This document shows, in pieces, positions 29,135 to 39,966 of a stretch of DNA of 64,000 bases. The notes beneath the pieces were generated by a model. The model was not told where the DNA came from and made no database searches. It saw only the letters and a list, made by a program, of their open reading frames with translations. The DNA is from an uncultured Actinomycetes bacterium (GTDB taxonomy: Bacteria; Actinomycetota; Coriobacteriia; Anaerosomatales; PHET01), in assembly GCA_947085035.1 (NCBI GenBank), contig CAMTUW010000018.1, positions 53,660-117,659 on the forward strand. The letters are read 5' to 3'. The position numbers and the translations under genes are program-made. Position 1 is the first letter of the stretch. Every line of letters starts with the position of its first letter.

Positions 29135-30205
29135 TCAGGAGTCGAGACGGTCGATCTCAGCGAAGAGTTCGTTGACGATGTCGGCCTCAGCGACCTTGCG
29201 GATGGGAACGCCCTTGGCGAAGATCACGCCGACGCCGTCACCGGCAGCAACGCCGATGTCTGCTTCGCGAGCCTCACCGGGGCCATTCACCACGCAGCCC
29301 ATCACAGCGACTTTCAGGGCAGCGTTTCCTCCCTGCAGTCGTGATGAGACCTCGTTGGCGATCGCGACCAGATCGATCTTGCAGCGGCCGCACGTCGGAC
29401 AGCTCACCAGTTCGGGTGAGTTCCTCCGAAGGTCCAAGGCACCGAGGATCTCCCACGCGACACGAACCTCTTCCACCGGATCGGCGGTAAGCGAGACACG
29501 GAGCGTGTCACCGATGCCTTCATGTAGCAAGATCCCGATGCCGACCGCCGACTTCACGGTGCCGGACAGCAAGGTGCCGGCTTCAGTGACGCCGACATGC
29601 AGCGGGTAGGGCACCTCGGCCGCCAGTTTTCGACAGGCGTCTACGGTGGCAGTCACGCTGGAGGCCTTGGCGGACAACACGATGTCGGTGAATCCGCGCT
29701 TCTCGAAATGCGAGCAGAACGTGATCGCGCTCGCGACGAGCTTGTCGGGCAGTGACCAGTCACGATCACGGCACTCATCGGAAAGCGAACCGGCGTTCAC
29801 GCCGATGCGGATGGGGATGCCGGCCTCACCTGCGGCTTCGATCACCTCATCCACACGCGACATGTCGCCGATGTTGCCGGGGTTGATGCGGAGCTTCGCG
29901 GCTCCGCAGCGTGCGGCTTCGATGGCGAGACGATGGTCGAAGTGAACGTCGGCGACGACGGGCAGCTGGGATACGACGCAGATCTCGGCGAACGCGGGCA
30001 ATGCATCCGCACGGGGAATCGCGACTCGCACGATCTCGCAACCCGCATCGGCGAGCCGCGCGATCTGGTCGAGGGTGGCGGCAACGTCACGGGTGTCGGT
30101 GGTCGTCATCGACTGCACGCGAATCGGGGCATCGCCTCCAAGGCGAACCGATCCGACCTGTACGGCCCTCGATGCGCGCCTGGGCGCACAGTCCGCGTGA
30201 GTCAT
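29135..30205 (-). CDS. ispG: 4-hydroxy-3-methylbut-2-en-1-yl diphosphate synthase
   Basis: ORF 29135-30334. Start MTHADCAPRRASRAVQVGSVRLGGDAPIRVQSMT at 30205, 2 nt after the rseP stop. Fe-S Cys motif VSCPTCGRC. Confidence 0.9.
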   Translation of the reverse strand: MTHADCAPRRASRAVQVGSVRLGGDAPIRVQSMTTTDTRDVAATLDQIARLADAGCEIVRVAIPRADALPAFAEICVVSQLPVVADVHFDHRLAIEAARCGAAKLRINPGNIGDMSRVDEVIEAAGEAGIPIRIGVNAGSLSDECRDRDWSLPDKLVASAITFCSHFEKRGFTDIVLSAKASSVTATVDACRKLAAEVPYPLHVGVTEAGTLLSGTVKSAVGIGILLHEGIGDTLRVSLTADPVEEVRVAWEILGALDLRRNSPELVSCPTCGRCKIDLVAIANEVSSRLQGGNAALKVAVMGCVVNGPGEAREADIGVAAGDGVGVIFAKGVPIRKVAEADIVNELFAEIDRLDS

Positions 30206-30207
30206 TG

Positions 30208-31467
30208 TCAGCCGCCGACTATGCGGGTGATGTCGGTGAACATGAGGTAGGCGATCAATGCGAACAACAGCATCGCCCCCGACAGTGACACGCCAAGCGA
30301 GAAGTTGCGGGAAAGTGGCTTGCCGCGCAACCACTCAACGATCTCAAGAGCGATCTTGCCGCCGTCGAGCGGAGGTATCGGCAGGATGTTTATGACGCCC
30401 AGTGAAAGCGAGAGCGCAGCGACGATTCCAGCGTAGTCCAGAGGTCCCGACTTGGCTGCCTCAGCAGCGTAGACCGCGGCGCCGATCACGCTCGAGGACT
30501 GACTCACGGAAACGGCGAAGGTGGACGGATTGAAGAATCCGGCGATCGCCACGAAGGTCAGGCCGATGAAGGAGAACGACATGACGAACGCCTGCCAGGG
30601 GTTGGGCCGGACGGGTTTCATCTCAGGAGAGATGCCCAGCTGCGCGCCTCCGGTCCGAGGGTTCTCGCCAAGCGTGGCCGACACTGTGAGATCTGATCCC
30701 CCACGCTCGACGGTCACGGACACCGTCTGACCGACCTCGAGGCCAGCGACGGTGTGCACGAGCGCCCGGAAGTCAGCGGTCTTCGCGCCTCCAACAGAGA
30801 GGATCTTGTCGCCCGCCTTGATTCCGGCGCGTTCGGCGGCGCTGTTGGCGCCCACCGCGCCCACGAAGCCGGTGTCTTGCGAGTAGCCGAAGGCCGAGAG
30901 AACCACAGTGAACACCGTGACTGCGGTAAGCAGATTCAGAATCACGCCCATCGACAGAACCGTGAGGCGTTTGCCGGTTGACAGCCCGCGATACGTGGAT
31001 CGACGCGCCGTATCGAGTAGCGCTGCGGGATCGTGTGCAGTCTCGGTGGAAAACCGAGAGAGGTACAGGTCGTCGTGGCCTTCGACCGGTGTGAGCGCGT
31101 CCCAGTCGGCGAGAGTGATCAGGAGGCCATCAGCGGTCTGCACGTCGACCCCGAGATGCCCGGCAAGTAACCCGGCATCCATCGCGCCGTATTCTGTGAC
31201 GATGGCCAGGGCGGGCGCGAGCAGAGGGTCCTCGGGACCAGGTTCCATGCCGGCGATCCGCACGTATCCACCGAGCGGCACCATCGTGATGCCGTAGGTG
31301 GTCTTGGCGCCCCGGAAGCGAATGGCGGGTCCAGGAAGGCCCACCATGAACTCGTGGACCTTCACGCCGAACATCCGCGCGGCGAGGAAGTGCCCGCCTT
31401 CATGGATGACGATCAACAGTGAGAACGTGATAACGCCCCAGAACACAGCGGCGAAGCCTTCAGACAT
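30208..31467 (-). CDS. rseP: RIP metalloprotease RseP/RasP (M50 site-2 protease with PDZ)
   Basis: ORF 30208-31518. Start MSEGFAAVFWGVITFSLLIVIHEGGHFLAARMFG at 31467 (HExxH). C-terminal NILPIPPLDGG. Confidence 0.85.
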   Translation of the reverse strand: MSEGFAAVFWGVITFSLLIVIHEGGHFLAARMFGVKVHEFMVGLPGPAIRFRGAKTTYGITMVPLGGYVRIAGMEPGPEDPLLAPALAIVTEYGAMDAGLLAGHLGVDVQTADGLLITLADWDALTPVEGHDDLYLSRFSTETAHDPAALLDTARRSTYRGLSTGKRLTVLSMGVILNLLTAVTVFTVVLSAFGYSQDTGFVGAVGANSAAERAGIKAGDKILSVGGAKTADFRALVHTVAGLEVGQTVSVTVERGGSDLTVSATLGENPRTGGAQLGISPEMKPVRPNPWQAFVMSFSFIGLTFVAIAGFFNPSTFAVSVSQSSSVIGAAVYAAEAAKSGPLDYAGIVAALSLSLGVINILPIPPLDGGKIALEIVEWLRGKPLSRNFSLGVSLSGAMLLFALIAYLMFTDITRIVGG

Positions 31468-32611
31468 GCTGGAGTATCTCCTTTGCGTGGGCTCTCGCCC
31501 AGTCGTCAACCGTCTCAACGTGCTCTACCGAAGAGATCGCCTCAGGGTCGTGCGACTCCATGACCATCGCGACAACTCGTTCGATGTCGAGAAAGCCGCA
31601 TCCGTCATGAAGAAACGAATCGACCGCGACCTCATTGGCCGCGTTCATAGCAGCAGGCATCGTGCCGCCTTCGCGCCCCGCAGCATACGCAAGCGCAAGA
31701 CAGCGAAATGTGTCGAGGTCGGGCTCCTCGAAATCGAGGCTACCGATACGGGAGAAGTCGACGGGTTCGAGCGGTGCGTCCCAACGCTTCGGATACGAGA
31801 GCGCGTACTGGATCGGGATGCGCATGTCCGTCGCGCCCAAGTGGGCCTTCACGCTTCCGTCAGCGAATTCGACCATCGAATGAACGCAGCTTTGCGGGTG
31901 CACGACGACCCTGATGGCATCGAAAGATACGCCGAAGAGGTGGTGCGCCTCGATGACTTCAAGACCCTTGTTCATCATCGTGGCCGAATCGATGGAGATC
32001 TTGCGTCCCATCGTCCAGGTCGGGTGATTCAGCGCTTGAGCAGCGGTGACATGGGCCAGTTCTGATCTGGCCCACCCTCGAAACGGACCACCGCTCGCCG
32101 TGAGCCAGATGCGTCGAACGGATTCGCCCTCCTCGCCGATCAAACATTGGAAGATCGCCGAGTGCTCCGAGTCGACCGGCAGCAGTTGGCCAGGGTCTGC
32201 CAGCGCGGTCACGAGGGAGCCACCTACCACCAGCGACTCCTTGTTCGCGAGCGCGAGACGCTTACCCGCCTTCAGGGCAGCGACGGTGGCGCGCAGTCCC
32301 GCCGATCCCACGAGCGCGTTCACGATGATGTCGGCCTCGGGATGAGTTGCGAGCGAAACGACTGCGTCGGCGCCGTCCGAGACCGTGCCGCCCGTGCACA
32401 GCGCGCGGGCGCGCGAGGCCGCTTCGCGGTCAACGAGCGCGAGCTCGCCGACCCCGAGGGTCCGAGCCTGTTCGCTGATCAGCTCGGCGTTCGAGTGGGC
32501 GGCCAAACCAACGACGCGAAGGCGATCGGGATAGCGCGATGCGACCTGAATCGCCTGCTGCCCTATCGAGCCCGTGGACCCGAGAATCACGACGTTTCTG
32601 ATCTCGGTCAT
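31460..32611 (-). CDS. dxr: 1-deoxy-D-xylulose 5-phosphate reductoisomerase
   Basis: ORF 31460-32626. Start MTEIRNVVILGSTGSIGQQA at 32611 (ATGA overlap with the cdsA stop). LANKESLV motif. Confidence 0.9.
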   Translation of the reverse strand: MTEIRNVVILGSTGSIGQQAIQVASRYPDRLRVVGLAAHSNAELISEQARTLGVGELALVDREAASRARALCTGGTVSDGADAVVSLATHPEADIIVNALVGSAGLRATVAALKAGKRLALANKESLVVGGSLVTALADPGQLLPVDSEHSAIFQCLIGEEGESVRRIWLTASGGPFRGWARSELAHVTAAQALNHPTWTMGRKISIDSATMMNKGLEVIEAHHLFGVSFDAIRVVVHPQSCVHSMVEFADGSVKAHLGATDMRIPIQYALSYPKRWDAPLEPVDFSRIGSLDFEEPDLDTFRCLALAYAAGREGGTMPAAMNAANEVAVDSFLHDGCGFLDIERVVAMVMESHDPEAISSVEHVETVDDWARAHAKEILQHV

Positions 32612-33429
32612 AACACGCCTCCCCATTTCAGCAGCCAGTACCCAACGAGGCTCGCGAAAAGAAGTGAGTCGATCCGGTCGAGGAATCCCCCGTGCCCCGG
32701 TAGCGAGTCCCCTGAATCCTTGACGCCCACCTCGCGTTTGAGTCTGGATTCGAAGAGGTCACCAACTACGGCGGCGAGAGCGACGCCGAGTCCGATCATG
32801 ACGGCGACAAGAACAGAGATCTTCACGTCGAAGAACCCCGGCACCACAAGCCACGTCGCGACGCATGCGATCGTGCCAGCGAAGAAACCCTCCCATGATT
32901 TGTTCGGGGAGATTCGCGGGGCCAGTTTTCGGCGTCCGAACGAAACGCCGATCACATAGGCACCCACGTCGGCGAGCCACACGCTCGCGATGAGCGTCAG
33001 AGCGAGAGCCAAGCCGTCGTCATGACTGCGAATCAAGACGAAGTGACTCAGGAGAAAGCCCGTGTAGAGCGCGCCGAAAAGCGTCTCAGCCGTCTCGGTG
33101 AGACGGATACGTGCGATGAACGTGTGGCGCACGATGAGCGTGACGATGAGGAGCGTGGATACCCACAGCATGCCCGAACTGGACCACAGGGCCGTAGCGA
33201 GGGGCATCGCGGTTGCCGCAGCCACCCCGAACACGACGCGCGGTACCCCAAAGCCTCCGTGGCGGATGGCGTAGAACTCTCTGGCGGCCAAACCCGTCAT
33301 GGCGCCGAACAGGATAGCGGTCGGCACGGCTCCGAACCACAGAGCCAGAAGCGTCGCGACGCCGTAAACGACGGCGGTCAGTATGCGGGCCCCCAGTCCT
33401 CTGAAGCGCGATTGCAGCGGAGTGCTCAT
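32608..33429 (-). CDS. cdsA: Phosphatidate cytidylyltransferase
   Basis: ORF 32608-33528. Start MSTPLQSRFRGLGARILTAVVYG at 33429 (TGATG with the uppS stop). SRLKREVGVKDSGDSLPGHGGFLDRID signature. Confidence 0.85.
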   Translation of the reverse strand: MSTPLQSRFRGLGARILTAVVYGVATLLALWFGAVPTAILFGAMTGLAAREFYAIRHGGFGVPRVVFGVAAATAMPLATALWSSSGMLWVSTLLIVTLIVRHTFIARIRLTETAETLFGALYTGFLLSHFVLIRSHDDGLALALTLIASVWLADVGAYVIGVSFGRRKLAPRISPNKSWEGFFAGTIACVATWLVVPGFFDVKISVLVAVMIGLGVALAAVVGDLFESRLKREVGVKDSGDSLPGHGGFLDRIDSLLFASLVGYWLLKWGGVL

Positions 33430-34205
33430 CAGCGGCCACCGTAGCGTCGCTCGCGGTGCTGGAAGTCGACCACCGCGCTCAGGAGATCGGTGCGGTCGAA
33501 GTCGGGCCACAGCGTCTGGGTGACCCACAGCTCGCTGTAGGCGATTTCGTACAGAAGGAAGTTGGAGACGCGCATCTCCCCACTCGTTCTGATCACGAGA
33601 TCGGGATCGGGTAGATCCGCGGTGGAAAGATGGGCGCTGATGGTCTCAGTGCTGATGTCGCCCGGGTCGATCTCGCCTCGCAACGCCTTTTCGGCGATCG
33701 CACGTGCGGCGAGGGCGATGTCGTCTCGACCACCGTAGTCAAGCGCCACCACAAGGGTGAGGCCCGAGTTCTTCGCGGTGCGGGCAACACATCGCCTGAA
33801 TGCCGCAGCGGTCTCTCCGGGTAAACCCTCGAGCCTCCCGATGACCCTGACGCGCACATTCATGCGCTCCAGGTTGACGAGCTCGCGCTCGAGAACCTCA
33901 ACGAAGAGCGACATGATCCCGAGAACCTCATCTTTCGGACGGGACCAGTTCTCTGACGAGAAGGAGTAGATGGTCAGGTAGCTGATATCAAGCTCGATCG
34001 AGGCTGCGATAGCCTCACGGACGGCCTTTGCGCCCGCTTGATGGCCGGCCAGACGCGGCAGACCGCGGGAAGCCGCCCAGCGACCGTTGCCGTCCATGAT
34101 GATCGCGATGTGCGCGGGGACCGCGTTCGGGATGAAGTCGGCAAGAAGGGCATGCGCGCGGTCGCCCTGGAAGAACGACACGCGGCTGGATTCGTCAGGG
34201 CCCAC
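33429..34205 (-). CDS. uppS: Isoprenyl transferase (undecaprenyl diphosphate synthase)
   Basis: 258 aa, GTG start with GGAGG upstream. HIAIIMDGNGRWA, FSSENWSRP, RTSGEMRVSNFLLYE. Confidence 0.9.
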   Translation of the reverse strand: MGPDESSRVSFFQGDRAHALLADFIPNAVPAHIAIIMDGNGRWAASRGLPRLAGHQAGAKAVREAIAASIELDISYLTIYSFSSENWSRPKDEVLGIMSLFVEVLERELVNLERMNVRVRVIGRLEGLPGETAAAFRRCVARTAKNSGLTLVVALDYGGRDDIALAARAIAEKALRGEIDPGDISTETISAHLSTADLPDPDLVIRTSGEMRVSNFLLYEIAYSELWVTQTLWPDFDRTDLLSAVVDFQHRERRYGGR

Positions 34206-34208
34206 GCC

Positions 34209-35593
<1,385 letters not shown>

Positions 35594-35607
35594 TCAGAGG
35601 TGCAGGG

Positions 35608-36501
<894 letters not shown>

Positions 36502-36549
36502 ATTGACTCCTTGGATCGTTCTTGAAAGGTCCGGCAGATCCGTGTGTAC

Positions 36550-37386
36550 CTACTGGGGAGTCTCGGAACTGACTTCCGGCGCAGGGGTTTCGGTGATCGC
36601 GATCTCGGGAGCCGCTTCTTCGGCTACCGCGGCAGGCTCTTCCCTTCCGAGGACGACAGGCTCGGGCGTATCGGAGGGAACGACCTGTGGCTGCTGTTCG
36701 GCGAGGCCACCGCGTCCGTCGATCACGGCAGCGGCGATGACGTGGCACATGAGGCCAACCGAACGGATCGCGTCGTCGTTGCCAGGGATCACGTAGTCGA
36801 CCTCGTCCGGGTCGGCGTTGGTGTCGACAAGACCGATGATCGGAATACGCAGACGACGCGCCTCTTTGATGGCGATGTCCTCGCGCTTGGTGTCTACGAC
36901 GAAGATCGCGGCCGGAAGGTCGCGCATCTCACGTACACCGTCGAGGTTGGCCTTGAGCTTGCCGAGCTCCTTGCGAAGAAGTATCTGTTCCTTCTTGGGC
37001 AGAGTCGCCATGCGACCATCCGACTCCATGGTCTCAAGCTCTTCCATGCGCTGAACGCGACCGCGCATGGTGACGAAGTTGGTCAGCATGCCACCGAGCC
37101 AGCGATTCGTGACATAGGGCATGCCAGCGCGTCCGGCCTCGGAAATGATGGGCTCCTGCGCCTGCTTCTTGGTGCCAACGAACAGAATCTGCTGGCCGCG
37201 CTGCCCGATGGCGCGTGAGAACTGGTACGCGCGCTCGAGTTCACGGAGTGTGCGCTGGAGGTCGAGGATGTAGATTCCCGAGCGCTCAGTGAAGATGTAG
37301 GGCTTCATCTTCGGGTTCCAGCGCCTGGTCTGGTGTCCGAAATGGACCCCAGCCTCCAACAAGGCCTTAAGGGTGACTACGGGCAT
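36550..37386 (-). CDS. rpsB: 30S ribosomal protein S2 (acidic/Pro-rich C-terminal extension)
   Basis: ORF 36550-37452. Start [27 protein letters not shown] at 37386. Confidence 0.95.
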   Translation of the reverse strand: MPVVTLKALLEAGVHFGHQTRRWNPKMKPYIFTERSGIYILDLQRTLRELERAYQFSRAIGQRGQQILFVGTKKQAQEPIISEAGRAGMPYVTNRWLGGMLTNFVTMRGRVQRMEELETMESDGRMATLPKKEQILLRKELGKLKANLDGVREMRDLPAAIFVVDTKREDIAIKEARRLRIPIIGLVDTNADPDEVDYVIPGNDDAIRSVGLMCHVIAAAVIDGRGGLAEQQPQVVPSDTPEPVVLGREEPAAVAEEAAPEIAITETPAPEVSSETPQ

Positions 37387-37505
37387 GGTCAAGCCTTTCT
37401 CTCGGTCTGTTCCTCCGCTCGCGTCTTCCCCCTGCTGCGACCACCGCTTCAATGCGGGAGCACCTCGCGCAGGAGTCGGCGAGCGTGTGTGATAAGAGCC
37501 GTGAC

Positions 37506-37514
37506 AGTGTAGCA
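37506..37514 (-). promoter_or_regulatory. Candidate extended -10 promoter for rpsB (TGcTACACT)
   Basis: Minus strand reads TGCTACACT, about 120 nt upstream of the rpsB ATG. Weak -35. Confidence 0.3.
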
Positions 37515-37588
37515 GGAATCAACGAGTCTGTGGGTTCCGATTTCTCGGTCACAAGTCCCCCGAAATCCGGTGATTCCGAAATCAGCCC

Positions 37589-38167
37589 TCAGTACTCACG
37601 CGAACACAGGGGGCATACGAAATGGGCGTCGTACCAGCCCTTCTGGGTGGGTTTCGGCAAGAGCTCCAGATGGAGTTCGACCTCACAGATGGGACACCAG
37701 AACCTTCGCGCAAGACCTGCGTCGCGCACGAGCGAATCAGCATCAGCATCGCGATCGCGTACCACTACACGGTATCTTGTAAGACCGACCTCGGCACTGC
37801 CTGTCATTTTGAGAATCCCGTTGATTCGATCGGCGACATCGTTGGGTCGCACTTCATTCTTGATGAGGTAGTCGGTCGCACCGAGATCGAGTGCTCGTTG
37901 CATATCGGCGTCCTGGCCGAGGTTCGAAAGGATCACGACCGGGATACGTGTCAGACGCGGGTCCTTCTTGATGATCTCCAGAATCTCCAGACCGCTCATT
38001 TTCGGCATGATGAGATCAAGAAGGATCAAGTCGGGAGTATCTGTCCGCAGAATCGACAGCGCTTCGAGACCATCCGCTGCGGCGAGTACGCGATAGCCGT
38101 CGTTCGTCAATTTGTCCGAGTACATACGTCGAAGGAGTTCGGTGTCTTCGACAACGAGCACGGTCAT
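37589..38167 (-). CDS. Orphan response-regulator receiver (REC) domain fused to a C-terminal C4 zinc-ribbon-like domain, no recognizable DNA-binding output
   Basis: ORF 37589-38236. Likely ATG at 38167 (GTG at 38173 possible): MTVLVVEDTELL...DLILLDLIMPKMSG...VVILSN...DYLIK, giving acid pocket E7/D8, acceptor D51, S81, K103. C-terminus has WCPIC-x23-CPLC. Confidence 0.8.
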   Translation of the reverse strand: MTVLVVEDTELLRRMYSDKLTNDGYRVLAAADGLEALSILRTDTPDLILLDLIMPKMSGLEILEIIKKDPRLTRIPVVILSNLGQDADMQRALDLGATDYLIKNEVRPNDVADRINGILKMTGSAEVGLTRYRVVVRDRDADADSLVRDAGLARRFWCPICEVELHLELLPKPTQKGWYDAHFVCPLCSREY

Positions 38168-38246
38168 TGCCACGACATGCGCCTTCCCGATTGCGACTGG
38201 ATATATGTAAGCCTTCAGAAGTGAAGTGTATCCCAACTGGCCGTGT

Positions 38247-39026
38247 TCAGAGTGGTGATCGAGCAGCGTGAAGCTTAGCCCGCAATCTCAGTACCGCCTT
38301 AGTGTGCAGCTGGCTCACGCGGGATTCGGTGACACCCAGTACCTGACCGATCTCTTTGAGAGTGAGTCCTTCGTAGTAGTAGAGGGCGATCACTGTTCTC
38401 TCACGCTCTGGAAGCAGTTCAATGGCTTCGGCGAGTATTCCCTTGATCTCAATGCTTTCGAAGAGTGATACCGGGTCGTCTGCGGTATCGTCGGAAATCA
38501 TGCCCACTGCGCTTTGGCGATCATCGCGGTCGCTGCCGACCCACAACTCCTCGAAGCTCACGACCGACGTGTAGCTCAATTTGGACAGGATCGCGTGGAA
38601 CTCCTTGAGAGTGATTCCCATGTGATCGGCGACTTCGGAGTCGGTCGGCACTCGCTTGAACGTGTGCTCGAGCGCGACATAACTCTGCTCGATCTCGCGT
38701 GCTCTGGAACGGACAGAACGAGGAACCCAGTCCATGGCGCGCAGCTCATCGATGATGGCGCCTCGGATGCGCGCGATGGCGTATGTCTCGAACTTGATAG
38801 CGCGGTCGGGATCGTATTTCTCTATGGCGTCGATGAGCCCGAAGATGCCATAACTGATCAGGTCGGCGGTGTCGACGTTTTGCGGAAGACTCGAAGCAAG
38901 TCTGCCTGCGACGTATTTGACCAATGGAGAATAGTTGAGAATCAGTTCATCTCGCGACTCTGCGTCGCCCACGCCCTTGTACCGCGCCCAGAGCGCGGCG
39001 ATATGCGTCCGAGAGTCGGACTTCAT
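38247..39026 (-). CDS. whiG: FliA/WhiG/SigD-family (sigma-28) RNA polymerase sigma factor
   Basis: 259 aa. LILNYSPLVKYVAGR, YGIFGLIDAIEKYD, IKFETYAIARIRGAIIDELRAMDWVPRSVR, region 4.2 ALYYYEGLTLKEIGQVLGVTESRVSQLHTKAV. Closely resembles my recollection of Streptomyces WhiG. Confidence 0.9.
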   Translation of the reverse strand: MKSDSRTHIAALWARYKGVGDAESRDELILNYSPLVKYVAGRLASSLPQNVDTADLISYGIFGLIDAIEKYDPDRAIKFETYAIARIRGAIIDELRAMDWVPRSVRSRAREIEQSYVALEHTFKRVPTDSEVADHMGITLKEFHAILSKLSYTSVVSFEELWVGSDRDDRQSAVGMISDDTADDPVSLFESIEIKGILAEAIELLPERERTVIALYYYEGLTLKEIGQVLGVTESRVSQLHTKAVLRLRAKLHAARSPL

Positions 39027-39054
39027 GCAGTGCCCCTTGCTGCAACGGACGAAA

Positions 39055-39966
39055 TCATCCTCGCGGATGCGCGCTTCGATGAACCTCTTGCAGACGCTTG
39101 ATGCTCACGTGAGTATAAATCTGGGTGGTCGACAGAGCAACATGCCCTAAGAGCTCTTGGACGCTTCTGAGATCCGCTCCCCCTTCCAGCAGGTGCGTAG
39201 CGAATGTGTGGCGTAGTGCATGAGGAGAATGCGCTGCTGACGCCTCGACCCGACAAAGATACCGCTTGAACATTCGTCGCACACTGTCTTCAGACAAGCG
39301 GCGCCCGCGCTTGGACAGGAATACCGTGTCAGGCGAGTCGTCGCGTGCGAGGAGGGGTCGGGCGCTACCGAGGTAGACGCGAATGAGCTCGCAGGCCAGT
39401 CGATGAGCTGGGACGACGCGCTCTTTCGCGCCCTTCCCCATGACGGTCACTTGGCATTGAGCGAGATCGAGACCGGAAAGCGTCAGCGAGCAGATCTCGC
39501 TCACTCGCAAGCCGGAGGCGTACAGCAACTCGAGAACGGCTCTGTCTCTTGAGCCCAGCGGCGTGGTGATGTCAGGGCTTTCCAGCAGACGTGCGAGGTC
39601 CTCGTTGGGAATTATGCGCGGGAGTGTCGAGGGCGTCTTGGGAGAGGTGATCACCGTGGACGGGTCGGAATCGAGCACTCCTTCCGTCACGAGGAAGGTG
39701 AACAGAGAGCGCACCGCAGACAGGCGGCGGGCGATAGTCGTTCGGGCATAACGGGCGTTGTCGAGTTCAGCGAGGTAGAGCCGCAGTTGGCGATGGGTCA
39801 GATGCAGCGGATCCACACCGATACGCTCAGCCCACTCGAGATAGCGCTGCAGGTCAGCGGAGTATGCGCGAACGGTGTGTCGCGACGCGCCACGTTCGAC
39901 CGACAGGTGTATGAGGAATCGGTCGAGAAGGACCGTTGGGAGCGCATTGTCAGCGGTCACGGGCAT
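39055..39966 (-). CDS. xerC: Tyrosine recombinase XerC/XerD family
   Basis: ORF 39055-40089. Start MPVTADNALPTVLLDRFLIHLSVERGASRHTVRAYSADL at 39966. Catalytic region HALRHTFATHLL...LGHVALSTTQIYTH. Confidence 0.85.
   Translation of the reverse strand: MPVTADNALPTVLLDRFLIHLSVERGASRHTVRAYSADLQRYLEWAERIGVDPLHLTHRQLRLYLAELDNARYARTTIARRLSAVRSLFTFLVTEGVLDSDPSTVITSPKTPSTLPRIIPNEDLARLLESPDITTPLGSRDRAVLELLYASGLRVSEICSLTLSGLDLAQCQVTVMGKGAKERVVPAHRLACELIRVYLGSARPLLARDDSPDTVFLSKRGRRLSEDSVRRMFKRYLCRVEASAAHSPHALRHTFATHLLEGGADLRSVQELLGHVALSTTQIYTHVSIKRLQEVHRSAHPRG

Noticed and set aside
37367-37552. 61-aa minus-strand ORF spanning the rpsB leader (possible leader peptide)
   Set aside because: It starts at a GTG without an SD and overlaps the rpsB start out of frame. 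The product is Arg/Ser/Ala-rich with no features and is likely spurious.
39055-39966. Tyrosine recombinase as a possible integrase of a mobile element
   Set aside because: XerC/D-type motifs and the conserved trmFO-xerC context point to the housekeeping dimer-resolution recombinase. No att-like repeats, phage genes or tRNA target lie nearby.
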